Part shown: piece by piece, positions 33,185 through 43,028 of the stretch | Layout: each line of letters opens with the position of its first letter | Position numbering within the stretch: position 1 is the stretch's first letter | Source: an uncultured Lentisphaerales bacterium | GTDB lineage: Bacteria > Verrucomicrobiota > Lentisphaeria > JABSQK01 > UBA12247 | DNA: 64,000 nucleotides | Assembly: GCA_943788985.1 (NCBI GenBank) | Contig: CALSSJ010000022.1 | Coordinates: forward strand, 64,001-128,000 | Direction: 5' to 3' | Made by a program: the position numbers and the translations under genes | The notes under the pieces: model-generated | Seen by the model: the letters and a program-made list of their open reading frames with translations, nothing else | Databases searched by the model: none | What the model was told of the DNA's origin: nothing

Positions 33185-34126
33185 CTGAATTCTGCTGAGG
33201 CTGGATGTGCATAGTGGTCTGTTGGTGTTCAGTTGACATCCCATTGCCACGGGAAGAGAGTCGTATTGCCCAGTCTGCCTTCATCTTCCTATGTGATCGG
33301 ACACTCGGCTAGTAGGGACTTGCCACGGGCTACCTTAGAATTTCCCGCCTCCAGCCCCCCGTCAAATCGCGACGGGCTTTAGGGGAGTGTCGTAGAGGGT
33401 ACCGTTCATCCCCGGCAAAGCATGCGGGGGGCTGTCGATAGGGCCGCCGTGTTGAGAGATCGAACCCTCGAGCCCTGCAATTAGCCCGTTGGGTCGCTTT
33501 GCAGCAGGCTCTACTGGCAGGGGACCCCGTCAAATGAAAAATAGCTGGAGCATGAAGCGATCCCCATTGTCACACCTTCGAGGTAGCCGAACGGCTTGGC
33601 ACGCTCGCCAAAGTTGGGAGAGCCTTTTTTATGGCGCGGGCGCTGGTTCGCAGTCTAAAGTGCTCGATCGGTTACGGTTCTGGCTTGTTTCAGCCCGTTG
33701 GGACTGCCTAGATTGCCGAACAATCACAGCGATGTGGTGGCAAAGTTTTGAGTGCCCGTTCTGCTACTCATTGAAAATCTGGTTATCAGCGACCTCTGGA
33801 ATTTTTGCCCTGAAGTCGTTCTGCAAAAGCCAGAGGTTGCTAGCTATCAATACGTTGCTCCGACAGGGCCCAGGCCAGTTCTTGAGTCCGGTCTCTCTCT
33901 CCCCCAAGGCACAACAGTAGTGGAGCGGCACTGTGGAGATCTGAATCTACGGTTGGAGAAGGACTTGACCTCTCCAGGTGCTCGCCCTTTCAGGTTTTCC
34001 GTTTCTAGGGCGAGCACAGGCGGATCTGGGTTGTTCTGAATTTCGCTTTCAGCTGTTGCAATTAAAGTGCCGTCAGTTAACTTACCCCAGATAAATCTCA
34101 ACAACTGTATTCGGGAGACATATTTG

Positions 34127-36275
34127 ATGAACCTAATCAACCTCAAAGCTTGGCCGTCCTTTTTCACCATCGGCCTCCTTCTAGTAACGGCCTCAATAGC
34201 AGAGGACTCACTCGATGATCCTTCCCTGACTGGCGAATTGAGTGCAATCGATGGGCCTCTCGCGCTAGACTCTTCGATGGAATCAATTCAGGAGCGAATT
34301 GCGGCGAAGAGTGAAGAGCGTAAGGCCTTGAAGAGTGAAGTTGTTTATATTCGCCACAAGATCGCCTACATCGAAGAGAAACTCACGAGCGATGACCCCT
34401 TGGATGCTGGCACCCGGGAAACGCTGACTGCAGAACTGCGTCAGTGGCAGGATCGCTCAGCTAAGGCGGAAGATGACTTGGTGCGGGTGCAGGAAGAACA
34501 GGCCGAGCTGTTTCGGATAATTGAAGAGATCAGCATTGATGTCGATGAGCCGGTGCTTCACGGTTTCCGCCTAGCGATCGCCGTCGCCGAGGATCAAGCA
34601 TACAACGGCGAGTACGAAGTCCGTCCGACGACTGGGAATCTTGTTCTTCCTGGCCTGCCACGGATGTTTGTCGTAGGCAAGACGACAGCACAGATCGCCG
34701 TAATGATTGCTGACGAACTTCGGGCTGCGAATCTCATTGCCGGTGCACAAGTGAGCGTAGATGTAACCTATCGGCCTCCTGTTGCCTCGCCTGGTCAGAC
34801 AATGGTGACGCCAGAGCCCAAGATGCAGGGGCAGCCAGTTGGTACGTCGATTACCTACGGTGCCAATGAGTTCGGGTTACCCAAGCCAATGACTGTTGAT
34901 GTCCTCTACTTCTCCGGCGAGGTGATGCAGCCAGGCGCTTGGAAGATTCCGGGCGACTTTGAGAACCCCACACTGGTGAAGGCACTGCTCCGCATGCGTC
35001 TTACGGACAAAGCCGATCTGGCTCGAGTTCGCGTACTGCGTCTCGTTGGTGGTAGTGGCTTGGTGGAAGAGGTTGACGTGTCCGCAATTCTGCGTGGCGA
35101 GAGTCAGACCGCTGATTTTGTCGTGCTTCCTGACGATGTCATTGTTGTCCCTGCTAAGGGCGCGGGTGAGAACATCCTTTATCTGTCGGGTGAATTCGAA
35201 AAGCCAGGCGTATGGGAGATTCCCACAGGGTTCCAGCCTACTCTTGCGCAGGCTCTGTTGCGCGTGGATTTGAAAGACCTCGCCGATCTCGAGGCTGTTA
35301 AGGTTGTACGGATGACTGATAATCGAGCAGTTGTCGAGGAAATCAATGTAGTGAAGGTGCTGGACGGCACCGGTCTGACAGCCGATTTCGAGTTGCAGCC
35401 GAAGGATATCATTACGGTTCCAACCAAGAAGTCAGCAGAGAACGTGCTGTACCTCTCCGGGCAGGTGGACAGCCCCGGCGTGTGGGAGATTCCCGCTGGC
35501 TTCGAGCCGACCATCGCAAAGACACTGTTGCGTGTGAAGTTAGGCGAATTTGCTGATCTTAGCCAAGTTCAAGTTTTGCGCCTCGTGAATGGCAAGGGTG
35601 TCGCCAAGACGATCGACGTTGCGCGGATCCTCCAGGGGCAGGGACTAGTTCCCGACTTCAAACTGGAGAACAACGACATTGTGACCGTGCCTGTGCGAGG
35701 CTCCAAAGTTGCGAAAGAACGTCAGATCTTTGTGCGTGGTGAAGTCGGCAATCCTGGCGATCAGGGCCTGCCAATTGATCCAACCGAGGAAATGACCCCA
35801 TACATGGCAATTTTGATGGCTGGTGGCCCAACGGCCAACGCCGACCTGATGAATGTGGAGCTTGTACGCACAGAGAATGGGCAGACAGTACGTCGCCGCG
35901 TCAACGTGGCAGCAATTCTAGCCGGTGAGGCCTCGGATGAAGTGATGCGCCACAAGGACGTCCTGATCATTCCTGGCAAGAATCGCACGAAGCGCGTCTA
36001 TCTGACGGGCCGAATCAAGCAGCCTGGTATTTTGGAGATTCCACCGAACGAGAACCAGACACTGTACGCATCAATCGTCCATCGTGGCGGATTCGATCGC
36101 TTTGCTAACTTGCGCAAGACCTACGTTCTGCGTGATACCGGTGATGGCATGCGTGAACGAATCCGGTTAATATCAAGGCACTACGAAACGGATTCATTCC
36201 GGACCTCATCCTTGAAGATAACGACATTGTTGTTGTGCCCGAGAAATTCTTCTCATGGGGCGGCGACAACAACTG
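34127..36275 (+). CDS. OPX/Wza-like polysaccharide export protein with five SLBB repeats; probable one-base deletion near 36163
   Basis: Poly_export-like YNGEYEV...GNLVLPGL...VVGKT, then five (Y/F)xxG(E/Q/R)xxxPG repeats. Adding one C to atccggtt restores IPVNIKALRNGFIPDLILEDNDIVVVPEKFFSWGGDNN*. Confidence 0.85.
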
Positions 36276-36338
36276 ATCGCATCGCTACTAGAACGGACTG
36301 ACTGAACTCCCTAACGGGGCTTGCTGGAGACTATTTGC

Positions 36339-38507
36339 ATGGAACAGAAGCGTAACGGCGTAAGCCTAGTTGATCTGCAGAGCTACCTCGCCATGGGGTT
36401 GCGTCACTTTCGCCTGATGGTGTTATTGATGTGCCTGGCTCTTGCTGCAGGTCTTGCCTATTACATTTTTAAGCGCCCGGTCTTTCACGCACGTTCGCTC
36501 GTGCAGGTGGAATACGAGCATCGTCCCTTCACCGATGACGACCTGTGGAGTGATGCTGAGATGGAGTATGTGCTCCGGCAGTTGAACTCGCCCCATATCT
36601 TGGAACGTGCCCTCGCTGAGTTTGGTATTGAAGCTAGCTATTCTACGATTCGCAGCAAGTACATCAAGCAGATGCGCTCAGAGACTAACTCTGAGGGTAA
36701 CATCGTAGTTCGGGTCTGGGCGACTTCCCCAGAACTTGCGAATAACGCAGTGTCGACAGCGATCGACGTTTTTTATCGGTATCGCTCGGAGAAGCGCAAG
36801 CTGCAGCGCAAACAGCAGATTCTCGTCTACACCGAGGAAATGGGGCGCATGTTGCGTGACATGACCGAGTTTAACGACCGGATGCGGGCCTTTGTGATGT
36901 CCAGCCGTTTGCCGGAGGTTGAGGCAAGTATGGAGCGCTTGAAACAGGTGCCGGAGCAACTACAGCAAGTGCGGACCCGCCTTGCGATGTTGGAGCGTGC
37001 GCAGAGCGAGCTCCGCAAGGAGAACAAGACTGTTGCAGAGCGTCTCTCAATTATTGCGACGCTCGACGTAGGGCGTACCTTGAAGCCCGGTGAGGGTATT
37101 AGTAGCCTCGGTGATGGTGAGGAGGACGGAGTTCTTGAGGTTGACAACGACGTGATCGTTACTCCATGGATGAGCCAGAGCAGGATTACCGGTTGGGAAG
37201 AGGACCATAAGGCACTTGAGGAGCTGGCGGTAAAACGCGAGGAACTTCTGACCCAGAATTATTTGGCTCTCCACCCGAAGATCGCGGCATTAGACAACGA
37301 GATCAAGGAACTGCGTGAGGGCCTCGAGGGGATGCTGAACGGCGCATCTGATCAGCTTGAGTGGGAGATTTCCAAGCTTGAGGCGCATCGGACAGACCTT
37401 GAGAAAAAGATCCCGATGAACCGCGCCGCGATGAACAACTACGAAGCAATTATGTGGGAATTTGAGCAGCTGGGTGTGACTGAATTCCCGTGGAAGGAAA
37501 AGTACCTTGAGATGGCTCGGAAGATTGCGGAGCTTGAGTATGCTGCCGAGACACCATTCGCGACTCGACTGGAGTATATGGGTATTTTGGACCGCAGCCG
37601 CCACGCCGTGTCACCGAACCGCGGTAAACTACTGGTCATGTCCTTGGGTATGGGGCTTGCGCTTTGTGTCGCATTTGTGTTTGTCATCGAATATCTTGAT
37701 CACACAATTTCGCGCGTAGACAAAGCGGAGCAGGTTCTCAGCATGCGTGGTTTGGGGATTGTGCCGCAGTTGCCGAGCTCGCTTACCGATGTGAATGAGA
37801 TTCCATTGCTGACGGACGGCGAGTCTGAGTTTGGCCGCGCCCGAAGCTCAGTACGAGAGACATTTCGCGTGATTCGTGCCAACATCATGGAAAGTCGAGA
37901 TTTTGAAGGCGATCGCCAGGTAATCATGGTAACGAGCTCAATTCCGAAGGAAGGAAAGTCCCTAGTCTCCTCCAATTTGGCTCTGAGTTTTGCCAGTGTG
38001 GGCGAAAAGACGCTGTTGATCGACGCGGACATTCGGCGGCGGAGCTTGAGCCGTACCTTCAACCGTGGCTCTGGCCGAGGCTTGAGCGACGTGCTCAAGA
38101 ACTATACAACACTAGACGATGCTTGCGTGCTGACTGACCACGACTACCTTCATCTGTTGGCTGCTGGTACCCTAACCAGTCAGGCACCTGAGTTGCTGGC
38201 GGGGGCTAATTTTACGCAGCTGATGCAAGAATTGCGTCAGCGGTATCAACGAATTATCTTGGATACACCACCCATTCTTGGGCTTTCTGAGGCATGTGAG
38301 GTCCTCCGCTGCGTGGACGGTGTCGTTCTGGTTATTTGGAGTGCCTATACTCCAATGCATCAAGTGAAAGATAGCACAGCGTTGATGCGCGCTAATGGTG
38401 CACGCTTCTTCGGCTTTGTTCTGAATCGTCTTGACCTGTCTGGTGCCAAGAACTACTATCAATACTACTATTACTCCGATTACTATTACCGTAGCTACTC
38501 GAGCTGA
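36339..38507 (+). CDS. wzc: Wzc-type polysaccharide co-polymerase / tyrosine autokinase
   Basis: Two TMs flanking a coiled coil, SPNRG, Walker A SSIPKEGKS, IDADIR, ILDTPP, C-terminal Tyr cluster NYYQYYYYSDYYYRSY. Confidence 0.93.
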   Translation: MEQKRNGVSLVDLQSYLAMGLRHFRLMVLLMCLALAAGLAYYIFKRPVFHARSLVQVEYEHRPFTDDDLWSDAEMEYVLRQLNSPHILERALAEFGIEASYSTIRSKYIKQMRSETNSEGNIVVRVWATSPELANNAVSTAIDVFYRYRSEKRKLQRKQQILVYTEEMGRMLRDMTEFNDRMRAFVMSSRLPEVEASMERLKQVPEQLQQVRTRLAMLERAQSELRKENKTVAERLSIIATLDVGRTLKPGEGISSLGDGEEDGVLEVDNDVIVTPWMSQSRITGWEEDHKALEELAVKREELLTQNYLALHPKIAALDNEIKELREGLEGMLNGASDQLEWEISKLEAHRTDLEKKIPMNRAAMNNYEAIMWEFEQLGVTEFPWKEKYLEMARKIAELEYAAETPFATRLEYMGILDRSRHAVSPNRGKLLVMSLGMGLALCVAFVFVIEYLDHTISRVDKAEQVLSMRGLGIVPQLPSSLTDVNEIPLLTDGESEFGRARSSVRETFRVIRANIMESRDFEGDRQVIMVTSSIPKEGKSLVSSNLALSFASVGEKTLLIDADIRRRSLSRTFNRGSGRGLSDVLKNYTTLDDACVLTDHDYLHLLAAGTLTSQAPELLAGANFTQLMQELRQRYQRIILDTPPILGLSEACEVLRCVDGVVLVIWSAYTPMHQVKDSTALMRANGARFFGFVLNRLDLSGAKNYYQYYYYSDYYYRSYSS

Positions 38508-38533
38508 TAGCTGGGCTCGGACGAGCTTATGGG

Positions 38534-38564
38534 AAGCCCGCTGGCCTCGGCTCGCGGGCTTTTT
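38534..38564 (+). terminator. Intrinsic terminator after wzc
   Basis: aagcccgc...gcgggctt followed by a T run. Confidence 0.75.
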
Positions 38565-38801
38565 CGTGCAGTCGGCGGAGGCGCGGTTGGTCATGAGCCC
38601 CAGTAGAGAACTAAGGGCCGCCATCGCCGGGCCGGGCCTCTGCTTCTTGGATCTCAATAGTTAGCGTGAGAAGCCTACCATGAATGAACAATGCGAGCAG
38701 AACCAAACAGGTGCTTTGGGTCGTTTCTCTGTGTGCTCCGAGCTTTGTGACATTGCGCTGCACTTCATAGGGGACATGGGCTAGCCAGCCAGAACTCTGC
38801 T

Positions 38802-40436
38802 ATGGATTTTATCTGCATCAGCCTTTTCCTGATTCTCTTCTATTCTCGGCCATGGGAGTGGAACAGCTTTGCGGCGAGCCTTGGACCTGTTACGAAGGTC
38901 ATGGCAATTGGCCTTGCGGCTATGCTTTACCGCAAGCTCAATGACAACACTCTAACCGTCAAAGGTCTTGTGCGGACCCCGCAGGATTGGGCGATGGTAA
39001 CGCTGATCTTTTGGATCTGCTATTCTAACGACGATTGGAATACAGCCTGGGATCAGGTGAACAGCCGCCTTGGTTACTACTTGCTCGCCGCGCACGCACT
39101 GACGACCTGGCGGCGCATTGAGACCTTTCTGTGGGTATGGATGATCATGATAATCTTCATCTGTGCCATGGGCGTGATGGGATATTTCGGCGTCTACGAT
39201 CCGTTTGGCTCCTACCAGAAAATCCACTCTGTATGGAAGGGACGGTGCGGACTGAACCTGGCGGTGTTTGCAAACCCGAACGCTTACGGGCACAGCGTGG
39301 TGCCAGCAATTCCCATCATTTACTATCTTGGAATATTTCGCCGATTTATCGTGATTCGAGAGATTACGGCGCCGCTATTTATCATGCCGGCTTGGGCATT
39401 GTGGCTTACCGAGTCTAAGGGGAGCTTTCTGAGTGCAGGTGTTACGACACTCGCAACCATGGCATTCGGTCGGCCCAAGGTCGTCCAGGCAGGGATACTT
39501 ATCTTTGCGTACGGATCGGGAATGTCAATTATGTTGCTGCTCCCTCGAATGGGTGTGATCTCTAATCCGAAGCAGGATGCCGGTATTCGGGGGCGAATTA
39601 AGGCACAGGCGTATGCCTGGGATGTCCTGCAAAAACAGCCAATGGGCGTGGGGTTTGAGAACTTTCTGCCGACCCATAGAATCGATGTGGAGGTTGAGCG
39701 AAATCTCGCGATCAAGAAGGCAACCTACATTCACGAGCAGAGGCGCCAACGGCGGCAGAAGCTGGTGAAGAAATGGAACGCGCAAATCCGCAAGATCGAG
39801 CGCAATAAGCAGATGGCGCCGGAGACGAAGGAGCGGGAGATCAACCAGCGAAAGAGCTGGATCGACGCGAAGCGTTTGGAGGAGATTAAGCGGGACTTCG
39901 AGTTTGGTAAAATTGAGTGGACGGAGGTTGAGGAATACAAGGCGGTTACGTCCCATAACTCCTATGTCGAGGTTGGGGCAGAGTTAGGCAAGAAGGGCTT
40001 GTATTTCTGGCTGGCGATTCTGTACTATTGCTTGAAGAGCCTGGTCTTGGCGCGATGTCAGACTGACCAGCAGGAGCGTATTCGTCGTCTGATGTTCGGG
40101 ATCATCTCGTCCTACTTGTGCTCGTCTTGGGCGACAAATATTTCCTATCGAGCAACGTTCTTTCTGCAGACGGCAGTCATCAGTGCATTTCATTACCATT
40201 ATCACAATCCGCAGGACGAAGAGTTGGTTGCCAGTAGTGAGACTGGGCTTCAAGCTGTGCCGCCGGAGGGTACTCAGGTTACGGTAGCGGAGGGCGGAGT
40301 AGAGGAGTCTGGCGAGGTCAAGGAGCCGCTCAACCGGATGCGTTTGTTGCGCTCACTGATCGTGGACGGTGTGTTGATTTACGTCTTTTACCGGTTGGTG
40401 CTTAGTGGCTGGAAGCATGTAGCGTTTGATCTCTAA
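38802..40436 (+). CDS. O-antigen ligase/Wzy-polymerase family membrane protein
   Basis: Multi-TM; FANPNAYG, LTESKGSFL, GR...PMGVGFENF...SHNSYVEVGAELG. Confidence 0.88.
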   Translation: MDFICISLFLILFYSRPWEWNSFAASLGPVTKVMAIGLAAMLYRKLNDNTLTVKGLVRTPQDWAMVTLIFWICYSNDDWNTAWDQVNSRLGYYLLAAHALTTWRRIETFLWVWMIMIIFICAMGVMGYFGVYDPFGSYQKIHSVWKGRCGLNLAVFANPNAYGHSVVPAIPIIYYLGIFRRFIVIREITAPLFIMPAWALWLTESKGSFLSAGVTTLATMAFGRPKVVQAGILIFAYGSGMSIMLLLPRMGVISNPKQDAGIRGRIKAQAYAWDVLQKQPMGVGFENFLPTHRIDVEVERNLAIKKATYIHEQRRQRRQKLVKKWNAQIRKIERNKQMAPETKEREINQRKSWIDAKRLEEIKRDFEFGKIEWTEVEEYKAVTSHNSYVEVGAELGKKGLYFWLAILYYCLKSLVLARCQTDQQERIRRLMFGIISSYLCSSWATNISYRATFFLQTAVISAFHYHYHNPQDEELVASSETGLQAVPPEGTQVTVAEGGVEESGEVKEPLNRMRLLRSLIVDGVLIYVFYRLVLSGWKHVAFDL

Positions 40437-40604
40437 TGTGGCGAATCACAAGTTCGTCGGAAAAATGCTGGAGGGCTTTTCGGCCCTCTATCGCACTGGC
40501 GACATCTCGCCGATGACCCAGCATCGACTTGTGTCACCAGCGCACCGGAGCATCCAACATGACTCCCGCATTGGACCTACTAATTTTATGATTTACTGCA
40601 TCAA
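40433..40604. mobile_element. MITE-like element, copy B (more diverged ends)
   Basis: Aligns along its length to 12184-12351, for example atcacaagttcgtcggaaaa and cgcactggcgacaYctcgccgatgacccagcatcgact. Confidence 0.7.
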
Positions 40605-40663
40605 ATGAGACGGGTTCTCGCGCTGTTTGGCAGCAAGTTCCCAAGGGAAAAGGAGTTGGCTCG

Positions 40664-41740
40664 ATGATTCGTGCTCTGGACAAATGGCTGGTTCCGTACC
40701 TGCGACGCCCCCGGCGTGCGCCTGTGGAGATTACGGATGTCATGATCGCGGTATGTGATCATTTTGAACCGTTTCACCACGCGTCGCCTGGCGAGGAGAT
40801 GGAGAGGCTGGCACGCTGGGAGGGCGAGTTTCCCGAGGTAACCGCAGGATATACAGACAGTGATGGATTAGCTCCAGCTCATACATTTTTCTACCCCATT
40901 GAGCAGTACAATGAGCCGGTTCTGAGTGCTGTGGAGCGTATTTGCAAGGCGCACCATACTGAAGTCGAGATTCATTTGCATCACAGTGGAGATACTGAAG
41001 AAACCTTGCGCGAGAAATTGCGGCAGGGGATCGAGGATTTCAGCCGCCACGGGTTTCTGCCGATTGATGCGGAGGGGAATACGCGCTATTCGTTTATCCA
41101 TGGGAATTGGGCGTTGGATCACTCGCATCCAACGATGGATCGTTGTGGGGTGCCTACGGAGCTGACGGTCTTGCGCGAGACGGGCTGTTACGCAGACTAT
41201 ACGTTTCCCTCGGCGCCAGACCCGACACAGCCGCCAATGGTGAATGCGATTTACTATGCCGAAGATACGCCGGAGCCGTGTTCACACCATCGCGGGCGGC
41301 TGGTTAGTGAGGGCACATCGTCACTGCGTGACGCGAGGGATCATTTGCTTCTGATTAATGGTCCCCTGGGCTTTAATTGGGGGAACCGGAAGGCGGGGGT
41401 TATTCCAAAGATTGAGAATGGTGAGGTGTCGGGGACGAACCCAGCGAATGCGAATCGTCTGAAAGTATGGCTTGAACTGGGCGTGCACGTACAGAATCGG
41501 CCGGAGTGGGTATTTGTCAAGCTGCATACTCATGGTGGGACACCGCAGAATATGAAAACGCTTCTTGGTCAACCGATGAAGAGTTTTTATGAGCATCTAG
41601 CGCAGCAGTTCCCAGCCAAAGGTCCGAGGCGGCTGCATTATGTGACAGCGCGTGAGATGGCGAATATCGTTCACGCGGCTGAGGACGGCAAAGAGGGCGA
41701 TGCGGGGCAGTTCCGGGATCACCTATATACGCTGCGATGA
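40664..41740 (+). CDS. Hypothetical protein of the EPS cluster, possibly a metal-dependent deacetylase-like fold
   Basis: DHFEP, HTFFYP, EVEIHLHH, FIHGNWALD, FVKLHTHG, LHYVTAREM. Confidence 0.7.
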   Translation: MIRALDKWLVPYLRRPRRAPVEITDVMIAVCDHFEPFHHASPGEEMERLARWEGEFPEVTAGYTDSDGLAPAHTFFYPIEQYNEPVLSAVERICKAHHTEVEIHLHHSGDTEETLREKLRQGIEDFSRHGFLPIDAEGNTRYSFIHGNWALDHSHPTMDRCGVPTELTVLRETGCYADYTFPSAPDPTQPPMVNAIYYAEDTPEPCSHHRGRLVSEGTSSLRDARDHLLLINGPLGFNWGNRKAGVIPKIENGEVSGTNPANANRLKVWLELGVHVQNRPEWVFVKLHTHGGTPQNMKTLLGQPMKSFYEHLAQQFPAKGPRRLHYVTAREMANIVHAAEDGKEGDAGQFRDHLYTLR

Positions 41741-43028
41741 GAGCTCGAACGGGAAGTGCGGCGCGGTGTTGGCCGCGCTTTTGCGTGTTGGTAGTTGGGT
41801 GGCGCGGTGATGTGGAGTACGGGCGCGACTTACGAAGTGCGGCAAGAGAGTGACTTGGCGCTGGTCCCGTGGGGGGGGCTCCGTGGCGGTGATGTTGTCC
41901 GCATCCATTGGCGCGAAGCGCCGTACCAGATGAAGTGGGTGATCTGTGAGCGGGGAAGGCCTGACGCGCCGGTTTCCTTTATCGGTGTGCGAGGCGAGAG
42001 CGGGAAGCGGCCACCGCGTGTGCGGCGTCGATGCAAAGGTCCCACGGGGCTTGGATTATTGGGGAGAGGAGCGCGGGGTGATCAAAGTTGGTGGCGCGAA
42101 CCGTCCTGAAGACGAGGTCCCCGCACATATTGTCATTCGTGGCCTCGAGATATATGGGGCAAACGGAGGCACGGCTTTTATCGGACGAGATGGCCCGAGT
42201 CGCTACAGTACGAACGCGGCAGGTATTTACATCGAGAAGGGGACGGATATTCGCGTGATTGACTAGCCTGTTGCGGGATTGCGGGGAACGGGTTGATGTC
42301 ATCACTATTTGAGTGAGCACGTCCTAGTTCGTGACTGCGAGATCTATGGGAACGGGGTGGGAAAGGGGATTTATCATCACAATGTCTATACGGAGAGCCG
42401 GGGGATTCGGTTTGAGCGGAACCGGTTGGGCCCACTGCGGAAGGGGGCGCGAGGAAATAACTTGAAGGACCGGTCTGCGGGAACCAGGATTCTCTATAAT
42501 CATATTAGGGGAGGGAATAGACTCTTGGATCTTGTGGACAGTGACCACAGCGAGGTGCGGGACTTCCCGGGCTACGGGACTGCGACCGTCCATGGCAATG
42601 TGATGATTAAGATTGCCGACACGAAGAGCTGGCAGGTGATGCATTTTGGGGGCGACAGCGGGGAGATGGGCCACTATCGGCAGGGGCGTCTCCTGTTCAC
42701 GCATAATACGGTCGTCAGTAAGCGCCGGGTGGTTCTGGCGCGGATGGAGAAGGGAGAATTGTTGGGGCGCAATAACGTGATTGCCGTGGGGCCGCGCAGT
42801 GTGTTACATGACGGCGGCGTGATTCGTGAGTTTTCGGCTTCGTGGCTTTCGCGTGGTTTTCGAGGCGCGTCTCCGCACGCGAGGCTTCGCGGAAGCGAGC
42901 CGTCGCTGCAGAAGGATTATTGGCTGACAGTGGATGCAAAGGGGCGCGGACTGGCATTCGCTTTGGAACCCAGCTGGGGCTTGAGTGGGGCTGCAGATCT
43001 GGGCGCGATTTTTCGTCCGGGCTCATGA
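41737..43028 (+). pseudogene. Right-handed beta-helix (polysaccharide lyase-like) protein broken by several indels
   Basis: ATYEV...VPWGGLRGGDVVRIHWR / IVIRGLEI...AAGIYIEKG / HNVYTES...GNNLKDRSAG...LLDLVDS lie in different frames, with breaks near 41790, 42020 and 42265-42310. Confidence 0.7.

Noticed and set aside
33410..33725. c-di-GMP-I riboswitch
   Set aside because: Only short fragments (ggcaaa, ttgccgaa) resemble it and their spacing does not fit. Retained only as unexplained structure.
33489..34039. ORFs 33489-33920 and 33752-34039 as genes
   Set aside because: Non-ATG starts, no clear RBS, atypical composition and no recognisable motif.
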